From the NCBI GenBank assembly GCA_963924565.1, contig OZ004608.1:6944001-7008000 (forward strand): a stretch of 64,000 nucleotides of DNA, given 5' to 3'. How positions within the stretch are numbered: position 1 is the stretch's first letter; every line of letters begins with the position of its first letter. This DNA is from Ascidiella aspersa. Its lineage: Eukaryota. The position numbers and the translations under genes are program-made. Positions 39,593-52,745 of the stretch are shown here, one piece after another. The notes below the pieces were generated by a model. That model did no database searches. It saw nothing but the letters and a program-made list of their open reading frames with translations, and was not told where the DNA came from.

Positions 39593-41094
39593 GGCATTCG
39601 ATCCAAGTTGCAAAAGTCTTTAAACATGATTGCCGGAATATAGCTTTAATAAGGAACCTGGGACTTATCTTCTATGATTTTAAAACCAGTTACCGTACTC
39701 GATATCAAAGTCGTCTTTATTGCACCTTATAAAAATGTTTTATTTTGTGTTTAGCACGGACATTTCTCACCACATTTTCCGACAGTCGTATATTTTAATG
39801 TTGATGCACCCAAAACGTTAAACAGCTGCTGCGTGATTGCGTGCGGTGCGCATTATAAATAACTTCCACAAGTGACAGAAATTAGCATAATTCAAATTAT
39901 GGTACGAGTTAAGAATAATGTAAACGGAAATCTATTTAAGTTACTTTTGCATTTTTGGTATTTTTATGCTGTTATAAATGCATTTTGTAATTGTTGTTCA
40001 GTGCCTAGGAGTGTGAATGCTTGTTACGACGGCAAATTTTAGAAATAGAGAATGTAAACTTTTTTGTTGCTCATTCTTCACGTAATGTGGTTTGCTAATT
40101 GCTATTGAACTTGTACTTTCAATAACCTCAAGTTTGTTGCTTATTCACGAAAAAGTAATAATTGTTGCTGTCAAAATCTCGAAGTTAACTAAGTGCAAAG
40201 CGAAAAAAAAACTTCCAAAAAAAATACCCATTTTGTTTCCACGAAAATAGATTGCAGTATTATCAACTAGATCATTTATATTTTTTTTATGGTCTTGTTT
40301 CATTTCAATGGTCAACGTTTATTTTGTTTTGATTTATTTTTCATACGCTACCAGTTTGGTGTTTGTTTTAATAATTATTAAAAAAATGTTCGTTTACTTT
40401 CAACTATACGTTTTTTAAATAAACAGGACAGCAAGAAAACAAATTTGTCAGCAGGCTGTCGTCGCACATTTCCTTAATTTTGTGAGGCGCTGAGTATCGC
40501 GGAACTATAAAGTAAGGATTTAAGTGGTACGGCCTATAACTAGGGTCTCAAACTCAAATTGCTCTGAGGGCCAAATGTGGAAGTGTAAAATGCCCAAGGG
40601 CCGCAATTCACAATAAAATTTCAACCATTGAGAACCCATAATAAAAACACAATAAAATACAAACAATGTAGGCTGATTTTAGGCTATAGCTATTTTTTCT
40701 GGCTACATTACTGGCAGCGGTTTTCAAGGACAAGGACCTCGATATTGGGCTTAAAATTGTCAGCACAACTGTACAGAGTTGAATAGGCAATGTGACGTAC
40801 CAGTAGATCTTCTACCGCATAAATCGTAGCGCTTGAAAGTGATACGACAGTGAAGTTTGATGAGTAGTTCCGGGTTTTTGAAGCAATTTTAGAGTGAATT
40901 TGAACTTTCAAATCTGATAAAAACGATATGTGGCACTTAAATATTGTCAAATACTTGAAAATCCAAAATTTCGACACGAGCCACACTAGAAGCCATGGCG
41001 AAAATAACAAGAAGACACTGCTTATAGATGGCCAGGGGGATGAGAAATATGCATAATTTACTCATTAACTATATATATTTGGTTTACATTTCAG

Positions 41095-42469
41095 ATCAGG
41101 CGAATTTCAAAAGTACGTCTTCACGTGTGTCCGACAGCATAGTAACAGACGCAGGACCGCAAGGTGAATGGGTGCACTAAAAAATTCCTATTAGCTAAAA
41201 AAATTAACTGAAAGAGTCACATGTGATATCAATTTGGCGTTTTGAAAGTGTCCTAAATCCAAAAAGTTTGCTTTTATATCAAATTTTATATGTTAACTTT
41301 GGAGAATGCTGTAAATCTAACTGGTCGCCATGGTAGTACAGATTATAAGAGTTTTGCAAATGCGGGTTTGAAAACTAGAATTAAACGACCACTAGGCAAG
41401 CTAGACTTAAAACGTAAGCTAGGGATTACTGGATAAAGCTTCAACATACAGGTACATCTTAATTTTTTACACGCTGCGGTCTGTGGGTTAGCTATTGCTG
41501 GTAACTTTATTATTTTGTGTGGTCATAAGCCATAACATTAGAACAGAAGCCGGATCAACAGGTAACTTAGTAGACTTAAAAAAATATTATTGTTTGGTTT
41601 TCATTTGTTTCGCCGTAAGGACAATCAAGTTAGGCGAATTTTTCAAACCAACTTCTGTGACCTTCTAAGACTTTTAGGTATTCCAAAAAATTAAGACAAG
41701 TTATTTCGCAGTCAACAGTACAACACCGCCCACAAAGTTTACGCGAAACATAACCACAACACTGGTGGCTTTAATCGCTGGAGCTGTGTTTCTTTGCTGC
41801 GCAGTTGTTGCTGCGATGTATTGGCTGAGGTGGGTGGAAGGTTTGGTTGATGCAAACGTATAGTATATGGGTGGGAGGGAATAACTTTCGTTTGTTTCTC
41901 ATTCACCAAATTCAGTAGAGAAACTAGATCGAAATAAGTCGCAAACAGTCAGAATAAGATTTAACCTTTACATAAAACAAAACGCCAACCATAACTTATG
42001 CACCAGCTCATTAAATAACGCCATCATCCACCAAATTTCTGACCCCACCCATGACCCAACCTTTTCTCCTAAACAAGGACAAACATACCGCTGCTCAAAC
42101 AATGATGTTTCAGATGTCAATTAGGCAATTTATACCTTATTACGGTTGGACGTACTCCAACAGATTTGGGTCTTATGTTAAATTTTTTTGTCTTATTTTA
42201 TCTCGTTATCGTTTTGTTGTTGGTTTTAATAGTACTGTATATTAATTTGCATAATTGTGGTGTACATACATGTTTGCTTTACAGGTCGTATAGCGACTTC
42301 CCCTATTTGTGATAATAGAGACGCAGGCTCCAAAGAAAGTGTAAATAACCAAGAGTTGTCTCAAACTTACATTTTCGCCGACGAAGCAGCTGATCATCTT
42401 ACAAATGCTGACAGCAAACCAAAGACCGAGGAAATGTTTACTGCTGTGACTAAGGGTTCAACTATTTAA
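41095..42469 (+). CDS. Unit 8: orphan stalk-TM-tail cassette homologous to the 3' half of CTLR7 (alternative 3' end or gene remnant)
   Basis: Exons 41095-41163 (DQANFKSTSSRVSDSIVTDAGPQ), 41712-41829 (TM LVALIAGAVFLCCAVVAAMYWL), tentative 42114-42169 (weak donor), 42285-42469. No signal or CTLD exons were seen between 39592 and 41095. Confidence 0.6.
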
Positions 42470-45400
42470 CTGTTTCCACAAAATGTCGAAGAGGAACATC
42501 AACTAAATTGTATCGTAGTCGAATTTCAGTAACTCCCAGTCAGAGCCCAGAATACCCCGTTATGTAGCTTTGCAGCAGAGGAAGGGATAAAGCGTTCTTT
42601 TTGTGGTTGTGTTATGTAGCATGGCCTACCAAACCGTCTTGCTTTGATTGATATGCCGTGAAAATTTCTGCCATTAAGAGGTGTGTAATTTGATATTTGA
42701 ACAATCGTTATTTATATCAAGTTTCTATAATTTTATATTGTTTTCTGGACAATTATTTCGCCATTGCCTTTTACTGTAACAGAGCTCCTTACGCCGGATT
42801 TGGTTTAATTAATTGAGAGCACTTTTTGCTCAAACTCCAGGTTATTGCTAATATAGATAGATTCATGGTCGCCAGAATATTAAACACCAGTAAAAAGAAA
42901 TTGCGTTTTAAACAAGTATTAGTTTTCGCTTGGATAGCATGATACAATAATTAACAATCTTCGAATTGGTAGGAGTTTAGCAGCTGCAAACTCCGCTGTA
43001 AAAGAATTCATGTTTTGAAGGTTCATAGATTACTCATTTGGAACAATGTACAGTATATATAGGCTACGCTGGCAGAGCCAAGCATTAGCGAAAAAGAAGG
43101 ATCTAATAGCACGTCAAGGATACTTGTATAAAAACTGAAACTCTTGGCTACAGAATGGGAGATGGGCTCGTGACTGAGGCTCGACGAAATCGGTTTATTT
43201 AGCTCGAGTTCGGTTTGGGGCTAAAACAAAAAATTGTAGGCTTGTGAGATATATAACACCCTTATGAGTTGTATGACTATCCTGTTTAGGTTTCATGGAG
43301 AGTTAAAATTTAAGGTAGCGAATTCGGAGCCCGAATCTAGTTGTTTTAAACCTGCTTCGAAGCCCGTCTGGAAACCACGACTATACAATTATTATTTACG
43401 CCATAATATCCGGAATTAAAAACTGGAACAGTTGTTAGTTTTGTTTCTCGAAATGATTATTTATTGTTACTTACTTTTGTATGGGCTTTGATATTTCACT
43501 ACGTATTACCACAATCTCCAATCATTTTACTTCAAAGTGCAGATTTATTTCTCCAAATGAGTAAAGACTGAGACTCGTTGTACTAGCGAACTTAAAATAT
43601 GCATTCAGGGCTCGCATGCAATACTTTCTTACAATTGACATCATAAGGAAAACAATGGTCTTCGCAAATCAAATTGCTGATCAATTCACTCTACAAATCT
43701 TTCAACGAACAAAATTGCAGTACGCTTAATGACGTCCAAACGCTACAATTTGCATCGATTGAGTTGTACTTCCAAACCGTAACCGTTTATTAAACAAAAA
43801 TTAAATTTGGATTCATTGAAAATACAGAAGATAAAAAAGGGTGGATTTCAAGTCTTTAAGATGTTAAAGCTATGGTTTAATTGGCCAACCATGCTATAGC
43901 ACAAGTAAAAGCGTATCTTTTTATTCAGGCATTACGTTTGTATCCCACAATCACTATATATAGCGCGTTGTCGTGATAGTGCGGGTTCAATGGAATTTCC
44001 CTTGATTAATTGCCAGTCTTCGATAACTTCCTTTTATGACGCACTTTACAGAAGCCAACTGTTTAAACGTCCACATATTTTAAAGTTGTTTGTGTATTTA
44101 AATATTACCACCGCGCGTAGTTTACTTTCATCCTTTGGCTTAGTTTATTAGTAATCAACACCTTATCTGAATACTGTTTCAGGGTTAAAAACGGCGTTAA
44201 TTTTCATTGTATTGTTACTGTTTATAAAATCGTCATTTGAACAACATTTAACTGTGGTATATGACACAGTTTACCACACTAGGGTAGTGCAATGAGATTT
44301 ATGGGTGGCGAAAAGTGCAAAATAAATTCCAAACAAATCTTATACATCTTAAATGATGGTACCTATTCTAAGTTTCGGTATACAAAGACAAAATATGGTA
44401 AATTGCAAAATCCGAGTGGGCTGAACATTGCTTCACCAAACGCGCGCACGAAAGCATCCGGGAGTTGTTTGGTTTATCACTGTCACACGTGAATTGTCAC
44501 GGAAAGTTTTACTAAATTAACAAGGGCAACAGAAAGAACAGTTTGGGAAAGTCAGGTCAAAGGTGCATCAGTTAAAATGGAATGGGTAGTGTATCACTAA
44601 CTTCATCGTGTGTAAAATGTTGATGTACAAAGCAATGGAAATAATGCCAACGTGAATGACGTGTATGCTTTCAATTGATAAAACAAATACGTTTGCCCCT
44701 CCAAAGAAAAAATGTTCTCACCCTGCAAATAAATAACTGCACTGGGAGACCGTAGCGCTTCCGTGCATTTTAGAAGCGATAAGCGTATCCAATTTCTTCC
44801 TCTCAGCACACAATACATAACTTTCACAGACTATAGCCAAGTAAGAATAGGGTTAAGCATGCTGATAGAATATGTTGGTAGGAAAGGTTTGGTTGCCACA
44901 AAGTTGGTAGGAAGGTTTGGTTGCCACAAAGCCCAAAAAGGGTATTGGTTAATAATATATTCGTTTCGTTGAGCGTGTACGATAGAGGAACTTTATAAAA
45001 ATCTTTGGAATTGAGCAGTTATATCCAGTGTATAAGCTGTTCATAAACAGGTTTGCTGGAAAACTATGTTAAGTCGATCTACAACAGGTTTACCATCTTT
45101 GGCATGACGATTAAAAGGAGAAAAAAAATAGTTTGGGCAGGACTGTGATAAGGAGAAATAAAAAAAATGCAAAAAAATAGGTTTGGATAACCTTTGTGAA
45201 ATGTTGAGCTGCATTTCCAGTAAAATTTTGCTTTAAGCTTATCGAGCAAATATAAAAGATTACATAATTGTCTCACAGTGGCTATATAAGCGGGGAAAAT
45301 GTTAGGTTTACAAATTTCTGTTGGCTATACAGCTTAATGAACATAAGTACACTTCCGTATGTGGCGCAATATATGTGAAGATGTCGTTAATTTATTATTA

Positions 45401-46177
45401 TGTATATGAAATTTGTGTAAAATGATGGATGCATTATGAACATCGCAATTCCGTGGACTGTCGCACTACATTTTAACTTCAGTTCCTCCTAATTGTTTTG
45501 CTTACGTGTTTACCATCACGTTGATTTAGGCTTTTCTTTAAACGGAACGGTGGAACTTGACGACGTGGCACTTTTACTTGCTAAGGAAATGAAATACTCA
45601 TTAAACACCCATCCTGTGATGTTTGAAATGTTATGAATAATGTGTTGTAAACAAACCTTAAATTCGACTTGAGCCTCAAGGGTGTGGAGACGAAACGGGG
45701 AATTAGAACAATGCCTATTTTTATGCCATTTTTGGACTTTGCAATTGTGTACGTCTTTTAACATTTAGATAACCTCCATTGTCGCGCGCCCTGTGCCTTA
45801 TTTTTGCATGTGTTGCGCCTTATGACGTAATAGCTTAAGTAGGCTTGACAAAGAAAGTGACGCAGTACACTATTTATACTCTTATCGTTAAAGTTGTTCC
45901 TGTATTCACTTTTCTTCAACTATAGGCAACACGATTTTGACGAAATTTATTGCAAAAAACCCAGATTCGTACAATTTTATGAGAATGCGTGTTTGTTGAT
46001 GTTTATAATGAGTTTTTAAAGTTATTGTGCTAAATATAATAAACAATGATGCTATTAGTGGCTGTACCGGAGCTAAGGCAGGATCTAAATATTGTAAATT
46101 TATTTCCCTAATGTGTTTTAATTAATATAACATTGAATTTGTTTTATTTTTAGAATTGCCTGCAAGGATATAGGACA

Positions 46178-49100
46178 ATGGTAGCAATATATTGCGTTTT
46201 GGCGATATTTGTAAGCTTTCTTTTTTGTGAAACCCGCGCTGTTAATTGGCATAGGTTGGACAACTTGGAATATCGCGTTGAGACAAATGATCCAAAATTT
46301 TACAATGACGCACTAGAAGCCTGCAAGAAAATGCAATCAACGTTGGTTGAACTCAAATCGCAAAATATAAGTGATTTCGTGGTGAATCGTGCCGGTTTGA
46401 GATTTGACATGATATAACTTGCTTGTCTATTATTAAATGTATTTATAAACACATCCAGGTACACGTCAAAAGTTTTACATCGGCCTGAAGCGAGACGTAA
46501 GAACCGATGAGTTCCACTGGTTGGACGGATCAAAACTGACATGGTTAAACTGGAGAAGAGGACAACCTGATAACCGTGCCGGAACTGAGGACTGTGTTAT
46601 TTTTGGATTCAATCAAACTGAGGATTGGGACGATTTTGTTTGCAACCAACGTCTTGGATACATTTGCCAACGAAGCGTGGGTAATTAAATCATGATATTT
46701 TGCATGATATTTGTGCGTTATATAAAAACAAGCAAAAATTAATTTCGAATTAATAAATTAAAGTCCTAGTGGAATGTCGCTCCATATCAGCGATTCTCAA
46801 CCTTTTCTTATCGCGTATAATTTAAAATGCCTTGATGTGATAAGTGGCACTAAACACTGGTCTATAAATACAGAAAGTACTTCTAAAAAAAAAAATGAGC
46901 AGACCAAACAAGTTTTGTTTATTTTTGTAAAATTGGAACGTTTTTTGCCGATATTATATAAAACCAAGTAAGCAGTGCAAGCAAGCTGAGGTTATAGGAA
47001 AGTCCAGACTAAGGGTTCGCGTCATTTTAAACCGACTTGCCAAATATGCGTATGCAGATTCGACCACGGGCCAAACGGTTTTTACATTGCCAGATTCGTC
47101 TTAGATAGATGAAATGATGCCAAAGTTAAATTCATTCTACAAATTATTAGTCAGTATAGTGTTTGATGAGAAGACTTGGTGTACTTTATATTGTGGAAAA
47201 CACAGCCATATACGTTAAACAAATGCCGATTTTACACATACGGGAGTTGCGGAATTCAGTTACAGAAGCAGGTTAGTGAGCAACAACATGTCAAACAGAA
47301 CTAGTACCGGTATTGTTGTTCTTGCTAAATTTGCAGATAAAGGTTTTTTACATGTGTTATTTCAATAGGCCATTAAATCCTTGACAAAGTGTTATTATCG
47401 TACAACTAAAACATCGGCGTATATCTTTGTTCTGTAGGCCACATTTGGCTGGTGGGCCCCAGTTTACACGTCCCTGATCTATTGTATGGTGCGATTGAAA
47501 TACATGACTCCTTGACCATATAGTTAGCGTTGCTCTACCAACTTAAATAAACTCAGCGGTGAAAAAGTTTTCAAAATAATAAATTAATTATAAGCTCGTT
47601 ATTTGCTTCGTGTTGTTCAGATGAAGAACTACATTGTTCAGGATTTGCAATTTCCAGTGTTTTCATCGTGGACGTGTATCAAAAAAGCGAAGTCACAAAA
47701 TATACAACTTTTAGGTTTCACAACATTAATCAGCATACCGTTTAGCTTTGCCAAATGCCCTTACGAAGCTTTATACGTTACACGGTTGTTCCAATTACGT
47801 TTTCAACAAAGTTCATGTTAAGCTCCAGGAACCAAACTGAGCACCACTACACCGAAACCAGCAATCCCAACGACTTCCTCAACTACTACAACAAGAGCGA
47901 GAACCACGACGCGCCTACTAACCTCTGCGCTGCCTTCAACAACGGTCCTTACTACTTCCAGAAGAACTCAAAAAGCACCAGCAACTTACTCTTCCACCCC
48001 TTCCAAGACTATAAGAGGTAATACTACAATAAAGATGCGTATTCTGCAAATTGCTGTTTTTAAGCAGGACGCAACTTCATTGTATAAACAGCTTTACTAT
48101 CTTAGATAAATAGGCTCAGCGCTGAAGAAAATAATGAATTAATTCTATGCACGTTGCTTGCTGCATGTTGTTCAAATGGAGAACTACATTGAAATGGATT
48201 TGCAATTTCAAGTGTTTTCATCGTGGACGTGTATCAAAAACAACAGAAAAATCACGAAATATAAAACTTTTTAGGCTTCACAACATTAATCAGCATACTG
48301 TTCAATTGAGCCAAACGCCCTTACACAGATTTATACGTTACACGGTTGTTTCAACTACGTTTTCAACAAATTTCATGTTAAGCTCCAGGAACCAAATCAC
48401 GCACCACTACACCGAAACCAGCAATCCCAACGACTTCCTCAACTACTACAACAAAAGCGAGAACCACGACGCACCTACTAACCTCTGCGCCGCCTTCGAC
48501 GACCGTTCTTACTGCTTCCTCAACAACTCTAAAATCATCAATAACCGACTCTTCCACCTCTGCCAAGACTACAATAGGTAATACCCCAATAAGATACGTA
48601 TTCTGCAAATTTCTGGTTTTTAAGCAGCACGCAACTTTATTGTATAAACAGCTTTACTATCTTAGATTAACAGGCTCGGCGGTAAAGAAAATAATAAATT
48701 AATTCTATGCTCGTTGCTTGCTGCATGTTGTTCAAATGGAGAACTACATTAAAATGGATTTGGAATTTTAGGTGTTTTAATCGTGGACGTGTATCAAAAA
48801 AAAAGAAAAGTCACGAAATATATAACTCTAAGGCTTCACAACATTAATCAGCATCTTGTTCAATTGAGCCAAACGCCCTTACACAGATTTACACGTAACA
48901 CAGGTGTGTTAATTTCGTTTTTAATGCATTTCATGTTAAAATCCAGTAACCATACCAACAACAACTACACGGAAACCGGCCATCCCAACGACTTCGTCAA
49001 CTACTACAACAAAAGCGAGAACCACGACGCACCTACTAACCTCTGCGCCGCCTTCGACGACCGTTCTTACTGCTTCCTCAACAACTCTAAAATCATCAGT

Positions 49101-51709
49101 AACCGACTCTTCCACCTCTGCCAAGACTACAATAGGTCATACCCCAATAAGATACGTATTCTGCAAATTTCTGTTTTTTAAGCAGCACGCAACTTCATTG
49201 TATAAACATCTTTGCTAAGACAAATATCCGATGCGACCGGTTTAACTTTCTGGCCAGATAGCTTGCGCTTTCGTTTTTTTTGCTTCAATCTTTCGCCAAA
49301 TATAACAGTATTGTGGTTGAAGGCCGCTACGCCAGATGACGTTCTTGATTGAGTTTCAGTTTCCGCAAACCCCATAGCGTACGTAATAGCCATTTAAAAT
49401 GGAGTTATGACCTACTAAATATTTCAGGGTTTCGTAAAAGCTTTCCATTAGATTTTTCGATTTTTTAAAGATGGCCGAATTTTTGACACTTATCTCTCCG
49501 ACTTTGTTTCCTACAGCCCTTAATTATCCAGGTTGCTTACACGTTTTGCAGCTGCACCAGTCACAAGCCCACCAACTGTCTCAGTCCCTTCAACAAAAAC
49601 AACCACAACTACAACAACGGCACGTTTAGTCCCAGTGTCATCTAGCTCCGTTGTGACCGCTGCAAGATCAGTTACTGCAACTACAAAAGTTCCTACTACC
49701 GCAACATCAGTTGCACCGGCCACCAAAGTAACCTACGACGCGACGACCGCCCCAAAACTTACAGGTTTAATCTGTTGCTTTTGTATTAAGCTACTGTCAG
49801 GTTAAGCTCTATGTTGTCCATCTTTTTATAAATTTAATTCATGTTTCGTTAAAGTGAACCCACACAGCTTAAAAGCTTTATCAGAAACCAATCTATTCCT
49901 ATATAATCTATTCATAAAGACCAAATTGTTATCAATGTAATAATATATGTGTTTGGTTAATTCAGGTCCTACAGTTTGCGAAAAAAAATCAACAAATAAA
50001 TATCTAATATTGCTAGATTGAAGTCAGCTTTCTGGACACAGTACTAACGTTGGCAAGCACAATATATATACTTGACGGCGCATATAATCTTTTTTACAGA
50101 AACCCTTCCGATCATATTAGGTGTCTCAATCGGAGGAGCTCTTCTGATTGTCATCATTGCACTTATTATTTATAAATGGTAGGTCAGAAATTTTAGGAAG
50201 TTATATTTTTGGCCTTTTAATTTGCACTAGTGGCAATCGGTAACCTCGTGATTTGTTTCACCTGGATATACAATTGTAATTTCAGTTGTTGCTAATATTT
50301 AAGCAAAAAAATATTTAGATGACAAATTTAGTCATCCAACCTCAGTCATATTGATAGTGAATTACTACGAACTGCAGGTCTTGCTTAAATAAAGTCCTCG
50401 GTTAATTCTGTTGAGGTCATTTCTGGCGCACATAATTTAATCATTCAGCTTTAAAAAAATAAACCATTTGATATTTTTTGCAGTAAAGTTCGAAAGCCGA
50501 AATACAACTCAAACTCTGCGTGGGAACAGCAAACAGGTATTCGGACTTTTTTTAAATCGTAGTGACTTGCGTTTCGGCTTCTGAAACGCGATTACGTGCC
50601 ACAAAACCTCTATTGTTAAGAGAATCTGTTCAGCGTTGGAGCCCGTTCGACAAATGACGGAAATTTAAGCGAAAGTGAAAAAGTTCAGAGACTATAGATA
50701 TTTGATTGTCTGAGCGTCTTATATGAAACCCACAGTGCAATGCCTTCAAATATAATTTAAAAGAAAGTTCGAGGCTTCTTAGTGCAGTTTCGTACACTAA
50801 AGAATATCCAACGGAACATAATATAGAACCAAACTCTGAACTTTGACTTTTAAACTTTTGACTTTTTTAAGGATCTGTTATTCGTTGTATATTGCTTAAG
50901 CGGTGGTATAATTATCCGCCGAACGTTATAAATGTGAAACTATAAAACAAACGGAATACTGCACAAGTTCTGCAAGCTAACCGACACAATAAGACCAAAA
51001 CACGACTGTAGTGCAATCAAAGTAAAAAAAATCTACCCTGCGGTGAGGTTCGAAGTCCAAATTATTGTAACATTGACGGGGCGTAAGTAAGCTGCGTTTA
51101 AACCACGGTTTCTATGAAATCGATTTTGGCGTTTAATCAAAAATTAAGTAAATAAGAGAAGATGGTTTCGTTTAATACCACATGTTATGCAGCGGACGTA
51201 AAAGCCAACAGAATGTACGCGGTTTAACAATATTGAGACTCACTGTCAGGGCTACGAATTTTGACCAACTCCACAACCCTTTCCACTTTTACTCGATACA
51301 GATAGCTGTTAAGTTGAAGAATTAAAAAAAACACGTTTTCCGAGATCATTTTAGTTTTACAAATCTTATAGCTGTACGAATCTCGAAAGTTTCTATACAT
51401 CTTGTTTCAGGCAACGGGGCTTTACTATTCGACGGCGTTCAATGCAGCAGTGATAATAAGCCGAGTACCGAGCTATCGACCTTTTCGCAATCTACAGATC
51501 GGGGTACGAGTGAAAAACAAGTGGTGGACAACCCACTCTACGGGGAAAGAAATGCACAAAGTGAGAGAAATTCGTCCTTTAAGCTGCTCGACAAACATTT
51601 AAGTGATCAGCAGTCTAGCATACCGGCTGACGTTGAATTTCAAGGTCAAGGTGCTGCGCCTGAGGTCACGTACGCTACAGTTAACAAGTCGCGTCCGAAC
51701 GTACCTTGA
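46178..51709 (+). CDS. CTLR9: type I C-type lectin receptor, QPD/WDD CTLD, long mucin stalk, NPxY + ITIM tail
   Basis: Exons 46178-46394, 46459-46680 (FYIGL...GQPDN...EDC...WDDFVC...YIC), 47823-48017, 48383-48577, (48947-49135 uncertain), 49552-49764, 50100-50178 (TM IILGVSIGGALLIVIIALIIY), 50484-50536, 51411-51709 (DNPLY, EVTYATVNK). Confidence 0.88.
47530..49210 (+). repeat. Tandem triplication (~560-bp unit) carrying a mucin stalk exon
   Basis: Three copies of intron plus Thr/Ser/Pro-rich exon (acceptor positions 47822, 48382, ~48941). Confidence 0.9.
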
Positions 51710-52054
51710 CGATTATACGCCGGGGTCTCGTTAAAATCGTTTATCCTAACTGCTGTATGTCAACTTGATTTTCGTTACGTGTACTAGGGATGTTTGATAA
51801 TATCGGATCGGTGCCGATACCCGGTAGACATAAAAAAACTTGAATAAGGCACAGTAAACAAGAAATTAAAACAACCATATAGCCACACATTTTAATAAGT
51901 AATGCTTTATCGATGGGAATATTCGAGGCTTCTTAGTGTATGTTCGGCTTCTTAGTGTATGTTCGTAACCTGTTTTCAAACAACTTTCAAAAAACATCAA
52001 ATAGATCCATGCGTTTAACTTTAAACTTTAAACTTGCTCTATTATGATGGATTT

Positions 52055-52358
52055 GGGACTCAGGAAACAGGACTCGGTACCTGGGGTCCCGAGTCTGCCA
52101 TGCCCATGCGCATGCGCAGTCACAAATTCAAAATCAATTAAACCTTAATGAAAAGGTATATTTTGCAACCACGTATTCTGGGTAGATGAGTTATATGACA
52201 TCCTTACGATCACATTGCAGTAACCACCTCTATTTAAGTTACGTAAATGGGTGGAATACAAGGTATACAGCATGAGCAGAGGCGAATTTGTGACGATTAT
52301 TTACAAATTTTTCCGGCGTCAGCCTAGGGACTCGGAGTAATTTTAACCATCTCAGCAG
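52055..52358 (-). mobile_element. Degenerate inverted relative of the 11009-11454 MITE
   Basis: Reverse-complement matches (catgcgcatgcgcagt; gactcggagtaattttaaccatctcagcagc). It lies between the duplicated CTLR9 terminal exons. Boundaries are approximate. Confidence 0.65.
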
Positions 52359-52443
52359 CGGTTTCCACTTCTACTGGAAACATATAGCTGTTAAGTTGAA
52401 GAATTAAAAAAACTTTTTCCGAGATCATTTTTTCTTGTTTTAG

Positions 52444-52745
52444 GCAACGGGCCTCTCTTATTCGGCGGCGTACAATGCAGCAGTGATAATAAGCCGAGTA
52501 CCGAGCTCTCGACCTTTTCGCAATCTCCAGATCGGGGTACGAGTGAAAAACAAGTGGTGGACAACCCACTCTACGGGGAAAGAAATGCACAAAGTGAGAG
52601 AGAATCGACCTTCAAACCGGTCGATCAACATTCAACTGAACAGCAGCCGACCATGCCTGATGCTGACGTTCAGTTTCAAGGTCAAGGTGCTGCGTCTGGG
52701 GTCACCTACGCTACAGTTAACAAGTTGCGTCCAAAATTGGTTTAG
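52444..52745 (+). CDS. Duplicated alternative terminal exon of CTLR9 (NPLY + VTYATV retained)
   Basis: Close copy of 51411-51709 with an intact pyrimidine-rich TAG acceptor, the same phase and an open frame to its stop. Confidence 0.7.

Noticed and set aside
47755-49181. Three repeated ORFs (HYTETSNPNDFLNYYNK...)
   Set aside because: Off-frame readings of the mucin exons. Splice phase gives the Thr/Ser/Pro-rich frame.
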